The position numbers and the translations under genes were made by a program. A stretch of 64,000 bases of DNA from Lingula anatina (lineage: Eukaryota; Animalia; Brachiopoda), in contig CM120641.1 in the NCBI GenBank assembly GCA_051362555.1, positions 24,062,401 through 24,126,400 of the forward strand, written 5' to 3'. Below, one piece after another: positions 1-12,252 of this stretch. Positions within the stretch are counted from its first letter, which is position 1, and each line of letters starts with the position of its first letter. The notes below the pieces were generated by a model. That model did not search any database. It was not told the DNA's origin and saw only the letters and a list, made by a program, of their open reading frames with translations.

Positions 1-838
1 ACTGGGCACTTGGCTGCAATTCGAACAGGAGATTCTAGAATTTATTCCACCATAAGCTTGTCTACATGGAGCTGTGTCTTATTATATTAAATTTATTCTT
101 CACATAGAAAGTTTGTCTCCAATTTTTAGAATGTTCTTACAAATTTCAACTCAACAACTCCTGTCAAAAATTTTTTTAAAATAAGCAAAATCACAATAAA
201 AACAACTATTCAAATCAAAAACAAATACAATTGTACATAACATCATTTACTGAAGTAAATACAAATTCCTTACTATTAGTACAAATTGGCATTTCAGGTG
301 GATTCCACCGTCCATTGCTGGTACACAACATACTGGAGTAGCCCACTAATGTGTAGCCCTGTTTACATTGAAATGAAATAGAAGAGAGGAAAGGGTGGTA
401 CTCCTGCCCAGACTGGTACACTGGCAGTCTCTGTCCATTCACCAATTCCCCTGGGTCACGGCATGGTGTACCTGACAAAATTGATAATTCCAAAGTCTTT
501 ATCTTGATACGTGCTCTCCAATCTTACATTTTGAGTAGTGCCAAGAGTATTAATTTTAAACTTGAATAAAAATGTAATAACCATTTTTTATAAATTTGAA
601 GATTAATAAGGGCATAGTTCTTTCTACAAGATGGCAATGAATATCCACTGCATATTCTCAATGATAAGTTAATTGCCTTCTGTTAATAACTTAATAACAA
701 GATGTTCACTTTCTAGTAACATTACTTACTGGTTACAGAGGCCAAAGTGGTGCCAACAGTGGTAGGAGATGACAGCACTATATGAACATATGGAAACACG
801 GTTGCCAGAACCGTTACCACAATTACAGTATAGTCCAT
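1..838 (-). CDS. Secreted/membrane Sushi (CCP/SCR) domain protein, 5' part; coding exons 838-730, 471-274, 13-<1
   Basis: ACCATGG start at 838 gives signal-peptide-like MDYTVIVVTVLATVFPYVHIVLSS... ending at a GTAAGT donor (phase 1). Exon 471-274 (198 nt, phase 1-1) encodes a CCP module (PCRDPG...FQCKQGYTLVG...CTSNGRW...PIC). The next exon starts at 13 after ttgcag with (T)KCP, the start of another CCP. Confidence 0.85.
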
Positions 839-2398
839 GGTATTGCACTCGCCTATCCTCTGGTTATTACTAGGGAGGCAAGCTCTGCCACTGTTGTACT
901 GCTCTTGGGATTGCCTAGGTATGGTCTTTCCTGGTTTTGCTGTTGCTTATTCTGAAGCGATCTTCCTACAATGGTTTTGTGGTGTCTGTTTAGAGTGGCA
1001 CTTAATTTGTCTCATCTACAGGCAATTCAGCAGAGGGCACTGTTTTATCACAAAAATTATGTGACTCACAATTGGTTTGATTAATATATTATGCTGTCCT
1101 TTTTGGCACTGAAAAAAGAACAATCATGACCTGTAAAATATTTACAGATGTGATGAAAGAGTTTAATCACTATACTAGTAGTAATTTTTTTTAAAAATAA
1201 TTTTTTAAATAAATCAACTAATTAATAATTTCAGATTTACCTTAAATCTCTCTAAAGTAATTAATCAGTATATAATAAGATTTTAACTGTAAAAATATGG
1301 ACAAACATTTCAGCATACAATGGTTAGATAAATAATGCTTTAAAACATAGATGATGGCCTACCTAATGAATTATTATAACCTGTCCCTGACCTACTACAA
1401 TAACACTAGCACAGTTAGAAACACACATGATATATTTAACTTTATCACATACACACTGAAACCTTGAGGTCAACTCAGACAAAACAGATCAATGCCTTTT
1501 TACACCAAGGACGTGAACAACCAATCACATTTCACCAGCAGCGTGAGAATACCAACACTCTGGTGTTATTACATAATGCAGATGAGCTCAGTCATGACAA
1601 GTATAAACTTGCTACAACTGGCATGCAAGTTTTGAAATTGGAATGATTCCAATTATACCTCGACACAAATCCAATGTGTGTAAAATGTTCTTTCTTCCTC
1701 TACAATCTGTGGAAACTAAATTCAGTTGAATAACAAGTATTTGAAGGTATACAGTGCACTTTTGAGAATGTCCCAAAGTCATATTTTCCATGTCTACATA
1801 TCCTGCAAATCTACTTATCTTTCACAATTCAGAACATTAAAAAAAACTTGAATAAAGTACCCTTTGTTGCATTTCCTTCTGAAATGTACTGGAAGACTAG
1901 GCAGCCTAAATGTCATAAAAAATTGCAAACTAAACACTGCAATTGCCATTTAGGTATGAGCAATTATCTTGCTGTTGTACTTTACATTGGTTACTATGAT
2001 TGTGGACTAAACTAGTCTAACTGCTGGGTGGGGAATACTGCCAGCAGCACGGAATAATTCATAACAGCATTTCAAGGCGAAGCTGGAATAATTCTACGAA
2101 AACAAATAAAAACTGACTATGAAAAATAAATAAGACATGCCTCGCCATCGAAGAAGGGTAAAAAGTTTGTAAAATACAGTCGTTTTGCCATCTTTGTTTG
2201 TTACAGAAAAGAAACAACATTCTTCTAGTTTTACTTTGTTTGCGAGACCCATCTAACATTCGAGAAAACTGGTTCGTGATTTAGAGCATTTCACGATTTT
2301 CAAATTCTTCAAAAGATTCCATAAGGATTAAACATAGAGTTAGTTAGTTTGTTTTCAAAGTGTATTGCTTCTGGAACAAGTAAACAACCAAGACATAC

Positions 2399-2475
2399 CT
2401 ACCAATTTCACATTAACCTTCACGACGCCATTTTCGCACAATTTTTGGCCCGGAAGAAACATACGCATGCGCATT
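2399..2475 (-). promoter_or_regulatory. Probable promoter and non-coding first exon of the Sushi gene
   Basis: Clustered NRF1-like ACGCATGCGCA (~2463-2473), ETS CCGGAAG (~2450) and YY1-like AAAATGGCG (minus strand, ~2426-2434), followed on the minus strand by the donor AG|GTATGT at 2399/2398. Confidence 0.5.
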
Positions 2476-3070
2476 GTCCTGTTTAAAAGCATGACTTTAT
2501 TAGCCGACGAACTTCCACAAAAGGTGAAATATGTGGGATTTTGATTTAAAAAATACTGATGTTAAAATATAATAATCCAGTAGTTTTTATGATGATAATT
2601 CGTGAAACACTAGATCTAAGAGATACCAACTGAGCTTTCTTAAATCAGATTTTTGGTTAATTAACAGAGGGTGAGAATTCAACAATCAATTTCATTGATA
2701 ACCGACGAAATAGTATATATTCATGCCTACCTACTTACTACTAGTTCTGGTATTGCTAGTGTCACTGCTAGTGTTGCTGCCTGCACTACACCATACCAGT
2801 TGTCTAATACCAATGCTAAGAAGTGTACCCTTACAGGGAATCACGTTCTGTTAGCATCACTGTACACGACCAATGACTATGTTGAGAGTAGACATACTGT
2901 ACAGAGCTGATTGTAGGTGAGGTGGGCAGTAACCTTGGAAACTGAGGATGAGCAAAATTTACTTTTACACTTTTTTCTAGGCTGCCCACTGCAGTGGGTT
3001 GAACAGAAGAACCCTGAGTGGTAGGTGAGTGTACACATTTTGTCCTTTTTGCATGTAAAGACAAGAAGTA

Positions 3071-4446
3071 CAGGGTGACACAAAAATATGAAACAAAACA
3101 TGATACACAGGTAAAAAATTGGTCAAGGGAAATCAAATACATTACTCAAAATCTAATGAAAACACAGACTAATACCCCCTCGAAAGCAGAAGTAAAGAAC
3201 GCACTGGAAAGTCATTATACCCTTTTGTTTCTCAAAGAAATAGAGCGAGAAAACAGCATACTACGTACATATCGATTATTTAAAACAAATTATGAAAGGG
3301 AAGCGTACACAACAGCACCTATACCAAAACATGAAATGCAAAATTTGGCAAAATTTAGAACAGGGGCACATGACTTAGAAATCCAAAGAGGCAGATACCG
3401 AAAACCAAAATCAATACCCCCTGAAGAAAGGATCTGCAAGTTATGCTCAGAGGAAGTGGAAAACGAAATACACTTTCTTTTAAAATGCCCCTTACTCACC
3501 AAACACAGGGAGATCCTAAAACCAGATCCTACACAAACCCCAGAGGGTCAGTTCAAATGCATAATGCAGTCAAATGATTTACAAGTTATAAAGAATGTGG
3601 CCCACTATATATATCACAATATATAATAAGGAAAGAAAGAATATTCTCAACCAACCACCACCTAGTCAACCAAAGTAACTGAGCGTATACTGCAATTGTA
3701 AAATCTGATCACAGTTATTGTATAAACAATATTGTAATTTACTATTGTAATTTTAGTTATATGATTATATAATGTATACTGTTAGGTCATAGTCATTGTA
3801 AAAAATGTACTTGAACCGCAATAAATAATAATAATTAAAAAAAAAAAAAAAAAAAAACGGTCATCACCTAATATCACCTTGAATAACTTTGAAAAAAGTA
3901 ATCAATTCCTTTTATTTTTCAGATTTATCAAGAAAAATTAATGTTTTAAGAGTTTTAAGATTCTACCAAATTCGACCTTCGAGATGCCATGGACTACTGA
4001 GGAAAATACATTTATAGTTGAGGCATATTTTCGGTTGAAGTCTATCCATGCAGCTCAATTGCAATTCAAAGAACGGTTCAGATGTCGAGAATTTCTTGTC
4101 CACTCAATGATCTACAGATGGGTCAACAAGTTCAGAACCCATGGGACTGTGCATAACCTCAATTGTAAAGACACTAACAGACAATCACACTCTGGACGAC
4201 CGAAATCATCAAGGACACCACACAACATTGGTGCAGTTAGAGACTCTGTTGTCTGCAGCCCAAGCAACTATAAATGTCTTTTCCTCAGTAGTCTATGGCA
4301 TCTCGAAGGTCGAATTTGGTTGACTCTTAGAACATTAATTTTTCTTGATATATCTGAAAAATAAAAGGAATTGATTATTTATTTCAAAAGTTATTCAAGT
4401 TTAGGTGATGACCGTTTTTTTTTTTTTTTTTTTTTGTGTCACCCTG
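3071..4446 (+). mobile_element. Non-autonomous Tc1/mariner foldback element with a transposase N-terminal HTH remnant, interrupted by a LINE fragment
   Basis: TA|CAGGGTGACACAAAAA ... TTTTTGTGTCACCCTG|TA termini. The inverted repeat continues at 3852-4020 vs 4266-4430. ORF 3984 (MPWTTEENTFIVEAYF...IYRWVNKFRTHGTV...SGRPKSSRT...VRDSV..SP) resembles the DUF4817-type HTH of mariner-like transposases. Confidence 0.85.
3087..3857 (+). mobile_element. 5'-truncated non-LTR retrotransposon (LINE ORF2 C-terminus, 3' UTR, poly-A)
   Basis: Translation LRTYRLFK...LAKFRTGAHDLEIQRGRY...ERICKLC..EVENEIHFLLKCP is typical of LINE ORF2 C-termini. AATAAA near 3819 is followed by a ~21-nt poly-A ending at 3857. 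Confidence 0.85.
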
Positions 4447-4747
4447 TACATTCAGAACAATATGTGCCCAGAGCAGGGAATTATACCGATATAATTCCCT
4501 GCTTAGAGTGACTAAACATTTTGACTTTCTTCTTCCCAAATGTGCTCATAAATATGGCCCAGGTACTAAGCTGTTGGATGCCCTGATTTTAATGGTTTAT
4601 ATTCTCACTTCACTAGCACAGTGGCACTGTTCTGTCCATGTCTACCACACTGGACATTTTCTCACCATGTATCATTCAAAAGGATTTTGAAGATTGCTAA
4701 CTGGATTTTGGTAGCAGTGAGTAATTGCCATTCACGAGTGCTTTTTA

Positions 4748-5006
4748 GGCTTCGTTCACATGAAAAATCTATTTTCTAAAAATCTATAAATCTATTTGCG
4801 GTATCTTGTGATCACGGTCTGTGCCCTGAATACCCCGCGGCGTAATTACTGGCAGCGCCGAGAATTAATTACAGCTTTGGAAGTAACTGGCTCACACTGC
4901 CCGTAATTACACCATGGGGTATTTTCAGGGCACAGACCGTGATCACAAGATACCGCAAATAGATTTATAGATGTTTAGAAAATAGATTTTTCATGTGAAC
5001 GGTCCC
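4748..5006. mobile_element. Palindromic PIF/Harbinger (Tourist-like) MITE, family A copy 1
   Basis: Nearly the whole element is an inverted repeat (GTTCACATGAAAAATCTATTTTCTAAA ... TTTAGAAAATAGATTTTTCATGTGAAC), with TTA on both flanks. Homologous to 43850-44107. Confidence 0.8.
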
Positions 5007-5325
5007 TTAACTTGTTTAGAGAACATGTCCAGTGAGGTAAAGAGATGTACCTGGTAAGTTACTTTCATTTGGTTTGACAAAAGTGATAGGTTGTTTAATG
5101 AGTAATTTTGTTTTATTGTTTTTAATTTATTATTAATTAATTATTTATTATATTATTATTTTTTCTTAGAGGGGAATTTCAAATCCACAATTCAGGCAGT
5201 TTTAGAGCATAAAAATAACCAGTACCTAAAACAAAACAAACCAGTACCCAATGCATTTTTTCCATGAGAAAAAAAGGGGTGCCAAAAAATTATTTATTAT
5301 AACTTAACTTTGGCTATTTAATCAG

Positions 5326-5327
<2 letters not shown>

Positions 5328-5400
<73 letters not shown>

Positions 5401-5448
5401 TAAACATATATATATAAATATAAATTTGTGTGTGTGTGTGTGTGTGTG
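5328..5448. repeat. (TA)n and (TG)n microsatellites
   Basis: Direct reading. Confidence 0.95.
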
Positions 5449-7330
5449 TCTGTTGTTTTATGAAAAACAGTGTGTATTTCAGGTATTTAAATCCCAAAAT
5501 TGAACGATTTGTATAGATAACATTTATTGAAGATAATACTTTGTACTTAGTTGAAAACAGAAACAATAGTAATGCACAACAAGCTGTTTTCTTTGCCCAT
5601 CAAAATTGGCCACTAAGTGCAATTTTTTTTCTCTAGTGTGTTACATTGCCGTAAAGGATTCCTGAGACGACCAAAAACATAACAATATTTTTCTGAGCTT
5701 TTTTTCCATAATGCACATCTGCAAAACAGACGGGTATGTCTGTGTCCCAGATTTAAGCGCTGTTTTAGTGTTATTTTCAGCAAAAAAAAAAGTTTTAAAA
5801 TACACCACAATGTTTGGACACACAAAATTGTTTGTTATATTGAGACAAATCCATCCCTTTCCCCATCGTAATCCAACACATTGGAATATTTTGTCAGACT
5901 TTCAAAGATGATAACCAATTGTTGTCACCCAGTATCGTGGACATGCAGATGTATATATATGGCTTTGTTATGTATTTCCTTGCCTTTGCTTAGGTGACAA
6001 TTGTGGGTGTGGCTGTACAAGTATAAGACCAGTTTTGCAACAGTTAGGGATTTTGTCGAAACTTGTTTTTATCTGAGTTGCTGATCAGTGTCATCTAAGG
6101 GTTTTGTGTACTTTATTTGACAATTTTGATTTCGGAAGAGCTAAGTGTTCCTTGTTGCATTAGACATGGGAGTTAAAAGATGTTGAATGGTAGAGGACCA
6201 CAAAAGCACATACAATATGAAATCTGATATGCTTATTCTCAGTACAAAATCTACAATAATTGGAGTATTTGAGTCATATTCATAGTGTTGAACAAGAAGG
6301 ATTACTTCCACATTTAGATCTGATATATTTATAGTTATTCTGTCTTGGCAGTTGTTCAGCAACAGGTGTGCTTGGTGAGTGCTAGGCTTCACAATGCTGA
6401 AGGTTCATGATATAGAGACAGTTGTCTTCTATAAACCTTGCTTATAATTAACCTAGGGTAATATTGAAGGATAGTTAACTGTGCAGTCTCAGGTTTACAT
6501 TTACAAATTTCACTAAATTTGTATAGCCTTGGTTCTTGGGGCATCACTAATGATACGGACAGATGCTAAAACATTGCACAAAATCCAGTTATTTTACATA
6601 AAGCATATATACACGGGCAATATATACACATAGGGGTAATTTTCTCCAATACTGCAACACATTTTGTTTTAAGCAAATCATCATAATTTGTAATGGATTC
6701 TTCGTATACATAAATAAATATATACATGTATATCTGATATACAGGCCTAACGACATCCCGAAGTATCAAGCGACTGATACAGAGAATAACACGGACAACA
6801 AAATATGAGAAGCAGACAAAATACAAGAACATAACTTCTTCATTAATCTGCAGGCACTAACTGCATTCGGAATTCATCAGGTTATGAATCTGCATTGAAG
6901 CATTCAAGTTGTAAAAGAAAGAAACAAGCCGTATATAAATGTGAGTATTTCCTGTCGTGTAATCAATTTGATCAGGTAAGATTTACGTCTATGTTGATCC
7001 CTTCCAATTCTCCGTACCCTTTTTATACCTTCACAATCTTACACCACATCCATCTTGGGAGTTTCTTTTTAGGAGCTTATATGAACAAAAATATGTTTAT
7101 GTATGTTCCATTGCTTGTACTTTTTAAAAATACCGAGGGGCATATTTTACTCTAAGGAGTTCTGATCCGACTAAAGAATAGAAGATTTTAGATTTGGCTC
7201 CCGATTCATGTCTTGGGTTATTACCAGAGAGAAAAGCAACACACTGACACAGCTTAGGTACAAAATCAAAACTCCCTTTATTCCCAGGACATTGCCTGCT
7301 TTTACCATTAATACATCAACATGACAGACC

Positions 7331-8346
7331 CATGGGTGTAACTATAGGCATAGGCACGGATGCACTGTGCATACAATTTTTTGGCCAACCATGATATTAT
7401 TTTATATAAATTTAGTGTATTTTTCACGAAATATAAAAGAAAATCCTCTGCTTATTAAAGTCACCTGTATGTACAAATCCTCTGTATCAATTGTATAGGC
7501 ACAATTGTTCTAACCCCCCCCCCACCCCCCCGCCTTGTAAACTTTGAAAACTGAGGTAAACAATGCCTGTAACCTTAACAAGTCCTATCTTAATCGTCCA
7601 TCTAACTGAAACTTCCTTTACCTCTTAATTGGAGGGTTCATTGGCCCTCAACTCTTCTGTACCCTCTTTCTTGAGAATATCGAACACATTCTCGCTGGCG
7701 ATATTTATCTCAGGTAAAAATCTGCCTGAGTGTTATTTTCAAGGAGCAGCTCCCACAACCCTGGGGGCACTAGATAAAATCTGGACACCAGGTTCAAGAA
7801 GGAGCTAGAGAAACAAAGGTAGAATTTTTCCTGCAAAGCTCCAAAGAATTTTGACACGGACTTGACCCAGCTTACCCCTCCAAACTAACAGGGTTACATG
7901 GGCAATTTTTACAAACAAATAATTAAACTTAGATGTCGTGTCGTGTCGTACAATTGGTTGTTTTTGGGAGCCATGCATCCACATGTAAGGTGAATGAAAC
8001 CGTATGTTAGTTCAACTCAGAGGTGGATCCAGGATTATTCGAAGTGGGTTCCACATATGCGAAGCTAGCCTCCTTTTAAATAAATATACCGTTCTGGGTA
8101 ATAAGAATATTGAAACTTTTTTAATTGCGAGAATATTTCTGACTAAATGTTGATTTTATTATTAATGGAAATTAAGCTGCGATATTTCTGACTAAATGTT
8201 GATTTTATTATTAATGGAAATTAAGCTGCGATATGTGGTACATATGCTGTTATTATGCTGCCCTTCATCTCTTGCATTAGTCTACATTTTGCTGGGAATT
8301 TTAAAAATCTGTGCGTACAATTTTTAAAGGTCTGGTTACGCCCCTG
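7331..8346. mobile_element. Non-autonomous DNA transposon with CA(T/G)GGG.GTAAC termini and 5-bp TSD (hAT5-like)
   Basis: AGACC|CATGGGTGTAACT ... GGTTACGCCCCTG|AGACC. Contains an internal 49-bp tandem duplication at about 8133-8233. Confidence 0.6.
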
Positions 8347-9424
8347 AGACCTTGGGACTATAAATTATGTTAAAGTTAGATAAGAGCAACTGAAGCAATT
8401 AAAATAAGACGAGAGCAATTACAGGAATTCCTTCTGACACTACAGTGAGCCACATGCACATCTATGTGATTCTAGTAAAATCAATCTAATTGTCTGAGGA
8501 TTATTTTGAAATCTGAACATGCTGACATTATCCTCTGTCACTGCCACTGGACAACTACCACTACCACATCCAATTATAGTTCACAACTCTGGCAATTATA
8601 AAATTGAAGATATATATTCAGGATTGATAAGTCCAGGAAATAATGTTGTGTTTGTGCCTCATTTGATAAATCTTGTGTTTTGAATAAGGGGGATTTCTCT
8701 AATTCTTATTGACTAGTTCAAGCCCAGTGTTGTTGCAGGGCATCTAAGTCTAGAAGCTTTTGAAGCTTTTGAGCCATTGGCAAGCTTTTAACCATGTAAA
8801 ATGTCAATAGTGATTTATTCAGGATTTTATTTTTTACAGCATGCTGTGCTGCAGCTTATACATTATCTTAGCATACACAATGTTTTTTCCTTGTGGTAAT
8901 CTTTTGCAGCTGAAGAATCCTTTGTGTATTTTCTCCCAACTTGTCTATTTTCTTCTTAAATACTATCTTATCCCAAGTACAAATCACTGTGACCTACTTT
9001 TATTTTTAAATCTATTGGTTTGTATCAAGCTAAGGACACGCCTATCCTGATTTAGGGGTCCCCTAGAAGTCCCCATACCTCCCGACAGGAAGCATCTTAC
9101 ATATGTTATCCTGGCCACACTACTGTACATCCCTTTTCCTGTCCCCATCTAGTCAACATCCTGTCGTCTATCTATGTTTGATCTATTTTACTTTAAAATG
9201 TCCTGTTATATAATATTTAATTGAATCTAAAAAAGATAAAAATCTATCACTATGACATATCCAATGCATTGGAAATTTATTTCAACAATTCAAGATTAAG
9301 GAAAAGGTGCTTTACAAGCTGTATATATTTCAATGACACATGTCTTGAATTTTTCAAGTCAGAAGACTCAGGTAAATTAATTTCTATTCCTGCCTGAACC
9401 TATTGAAACAGTTGGTAGAATGGA

Positions 9425-9492
9425 TTTACATGACATGCATGCATATTTACATGACATGCATGCATATTTACATGACATGCATGCATATTTAC
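9425..9492. repeat. 21-bp tandem repeat x3 (TTTACATGACATGCATGCATA)
   Basis: Direct reading. Confidence 0.9.
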
Positions 9493-9809
9493 CTGCTATG
9501 TTTGACACCAGTATAAAATCACTTTGTTGGTATTGCTTAAAGATGCATACAAAGTCAATTTTTTTGCCACAAAAACTGACCAAATGACTACATGTGTTAC
9601 TGGGAATCCACGCTCCAACGATGCTCGATTCGTATGTACCTTTTAAGTTTTGGTGACAATGAAATCATTCACGGAAGTTTTTTTTATAGATGTATCCAGA
9701 CATATCTATGAAAAAAGCCCTCACCACTCTCACTCAAAGCACCCAACACATATAGCATAACTGTTTGTGGGACCCAGCCTTCCAGCAACAGCAAGACATT
9801 TGTGATATA

Positions 9810-9990
9810 ATCATTGCTCTCCTGCCCAGGATGTCAATATTTGTCCACACATGTTCAGTATTGATGAGATCACAGCAGGACTGGGTAAGGTTCAGACAGG
9901 TTGCTAGCAGTGAGAAATCTCAACTTATATTAGAGATGTGGCCATGTAAAACATTGCCAGACAATTGACAAGCTGACCGTCTATTGCTTG
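9810..9990 (-). pseudogene. Highly decayed Tc1-type transposase remnant
   Basis: Minus strand reads ..DLINTEHVWTNIDILGRR, resembling the SPDLNPIEHVWDILGRR motif. No intact ORF. Confidence 0.35.
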
Positions 9991-12252
9991 GCCAGTTCCT
10001 TGAACAGGTAGCCCTGATCATTAGCAGGCAGTGTCTGGTCAAGCTAGGTCCAGGAACTCTTCAGACTCTTGACGACCAACAAGAAGAATATTATCAGTTT
10101 TTATTTTCCCTGGACCGTTGTGAATTCAGTGGTGTTGTGTACATGTATCCTGTGGGAAATGCTTGAATAACTCAAGGATCAGAACTGAGGATACTGCTTT
10201 GGCTCAAATTGGGTACAAATCACTGGCTCAGTGGTGTTAAAGTATGCTTGACACATGAAATTAAGATTACACTCAAGAAAGCAGTGTCATCAGAGATATG
10301 AAGCTGTTGAAGGCAGATGAAAAATGTGTTCACTGAAAGTCCTCTGTGAACTGAAAATTATTAGGGTTATGTTTTGCAGTTTTGGTGAGTGATCGGCATA
10401 TTTGTTTGAGGGAGGCTTATTGTTGCTTTTAGAATCTTAAATAACAGCCATGTGACTGGCATTATCTCATGTGAAAATTGTTTGTTCTAGTGACTGTGAG
10501 ATTCAACATGTGTCCAACCTTTTGGGTGTACCAGATGACCTATATGATGAGTGTATATGACATTTGATCTATTTTGTTAAACTCTTTTTGAACCTGCATG
10601 TTTGCAAGTGAATGCATTAAAAAAATAACTCTGGCAAGCTCAACTCTTTGTTTATAATTATTTTTTTAGAAAAATTTGAAATCGAACCTGGGCCAAACTC
10701 GATCTGTACATGCAATATTAGAATATATACAGTTGAGCTCAGAAATAATGGGACGTTACCATATTGAATAGGATGCAGCCAGAGATAGCACATCACATTT
10801 TTTTTATGCTATATTTTGTCATGTTAAAAAGAAAAAGAAAAAAATTTTTCCCTTGAAATTTTAAAGCGAAGATATTTTATGCACGTTTTTAGATATCAAT
10901 TAACTGCTTAGAAAGGACCTTCTCTCCACATCTACCATGATATTTGGGTGTTTTATGCTTGTCAGGAGTGGATAGAGGCCATCTTCTGGGTCTTCCAGAA
11001 AATGGTCAGAATTTTTCAAGTTTACATTGATCAGCATCTCATTTTTTCTGTCTGAAGACGGTCAAAAATGGAGAATGGATCAACAAAGATAATTTGGAAG
11101 ACTCAAAAAATATTTCTGGATCCCCTTCTGGTTTTCAATGATGCCACTAGCAATGCCAGACAGCACTGATGTGCTCTACTGTATTACACATTTCACTTTA
11201 TACACTCCCCAGTCCTGCCTCAGATATACATTGTACTGAACCATAGAAATCAATCAGGAGAAGCTTAGCATGTCCCTAATTATATAAGGAAATAAAGGCA
11301 TCATACTACTGAGATGGAATCACGTCCACACATGGCTCTTAAGTAATGAATCACATCATATGAAGAACATTTTTTTTATTGATAATAATCCTTCAGTTTT
11401 TTTATAATCTTTTTTTATATAGGTAAAATATTGCTGTCACACAAGAACTTAAAACAAATTTATGAGAACTGCATACAAATGATGCTGGTGCCATATATGA
11501 GGGCCTAACGAGATGTACAAAGATATCATGCATGCAGTCATCATGCAGGGTTTCTATTTCTTAATTATTTCTGTCTTCTGTTTTATGTGCATTTGTAATA
11601 CAGCAGATGTTTTGTTTGGCCTGCATGAAATCCACAAATTGATCTTGGATACAGTGTTTTCGATGAAGGAATAAGGTGGAGTAAGCATCAGACATGAGGG
11701 AACAGTCGCAAAAATGTGATGAAAATCTGTTTTCTTAGATTTATTTGTGCCAATAAGTCACCCCTATCATTTCATCTGGGACATATTTCCATAGGGGTAA
11801 GAAACATGTATGGAAATTTTTCATTAATTTCCTTTGGGCTAAACAGAATCTGAGAGATATTTCCTGTGGGACTGCTGCAGTGAAAATCTGTACAATAATT
11901 CAGTTTGGCTCTTTATTTATGAAGTAATTGGATTCAAGAAAATGATGCTGATTTGCAGCTCACGTGACACTTCTTGTGATTTGTGAATAGGAAGCTGGTA
12001 TGAAAAGAACCAGTCTTGCTATAGACTCCCACTTTTAACTTTTGATACCATGAACAAAAAACATCATAAAAATCTCAAAGATATTATGTTGTTTCTTTGC
12101 AGGATATGCCATGGATGTCAGTTCAACTTTTAACTGACTGAGATAGTCTCAGTGGAGGGACTGTGACATGGACAAGGTAGTGGCAGTACTTGGCCAAGAC
12201 CCTTATTGAGCCTGCCCAGTGTTTCAACAGATGTCCCCAGTTGCTGGTGACA

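Noticed and set aside
3018-3626. 202-aa ORF as a host gene
   Set aside because: Chimera of flank, mariner TIR and LINE ORF2 tail, with a GTG start.
5318-5566. ORFs with IYIYIY, poly-K, poly-N or poly-I tracts (also 16083, 24253, 25319, 45060)
   Set aside because: Translations of microsatellites.
7209-8444. Solo LTR (TGT...ACA with internal minus-strand AATAAA) hosting the 7331-8346 insertion
   Set aside because: No matching TSD and no second copy in the window.
9425-9492. Short direct repeats here and at 8133-8233 and 51463-51665 as a CRISPR-like array
   Set aside because: Head-to-tail tandem units without unique spacers, no cas genes, eukaryotic context.
10678-10695. tRNA B-box-like GGTTCGATT on the minus strand
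   Set aside because: No A-box or cloverleaf; at most SINE debris.
12190-12252. TTG-initiated N-terminal extension of B4GAT1, and ORF end at 13374
   Set aside because: Eukaryotic gene: the first in-frame ATG is 12253 just before the TM helix, and the ORF end is read-through into the intron.
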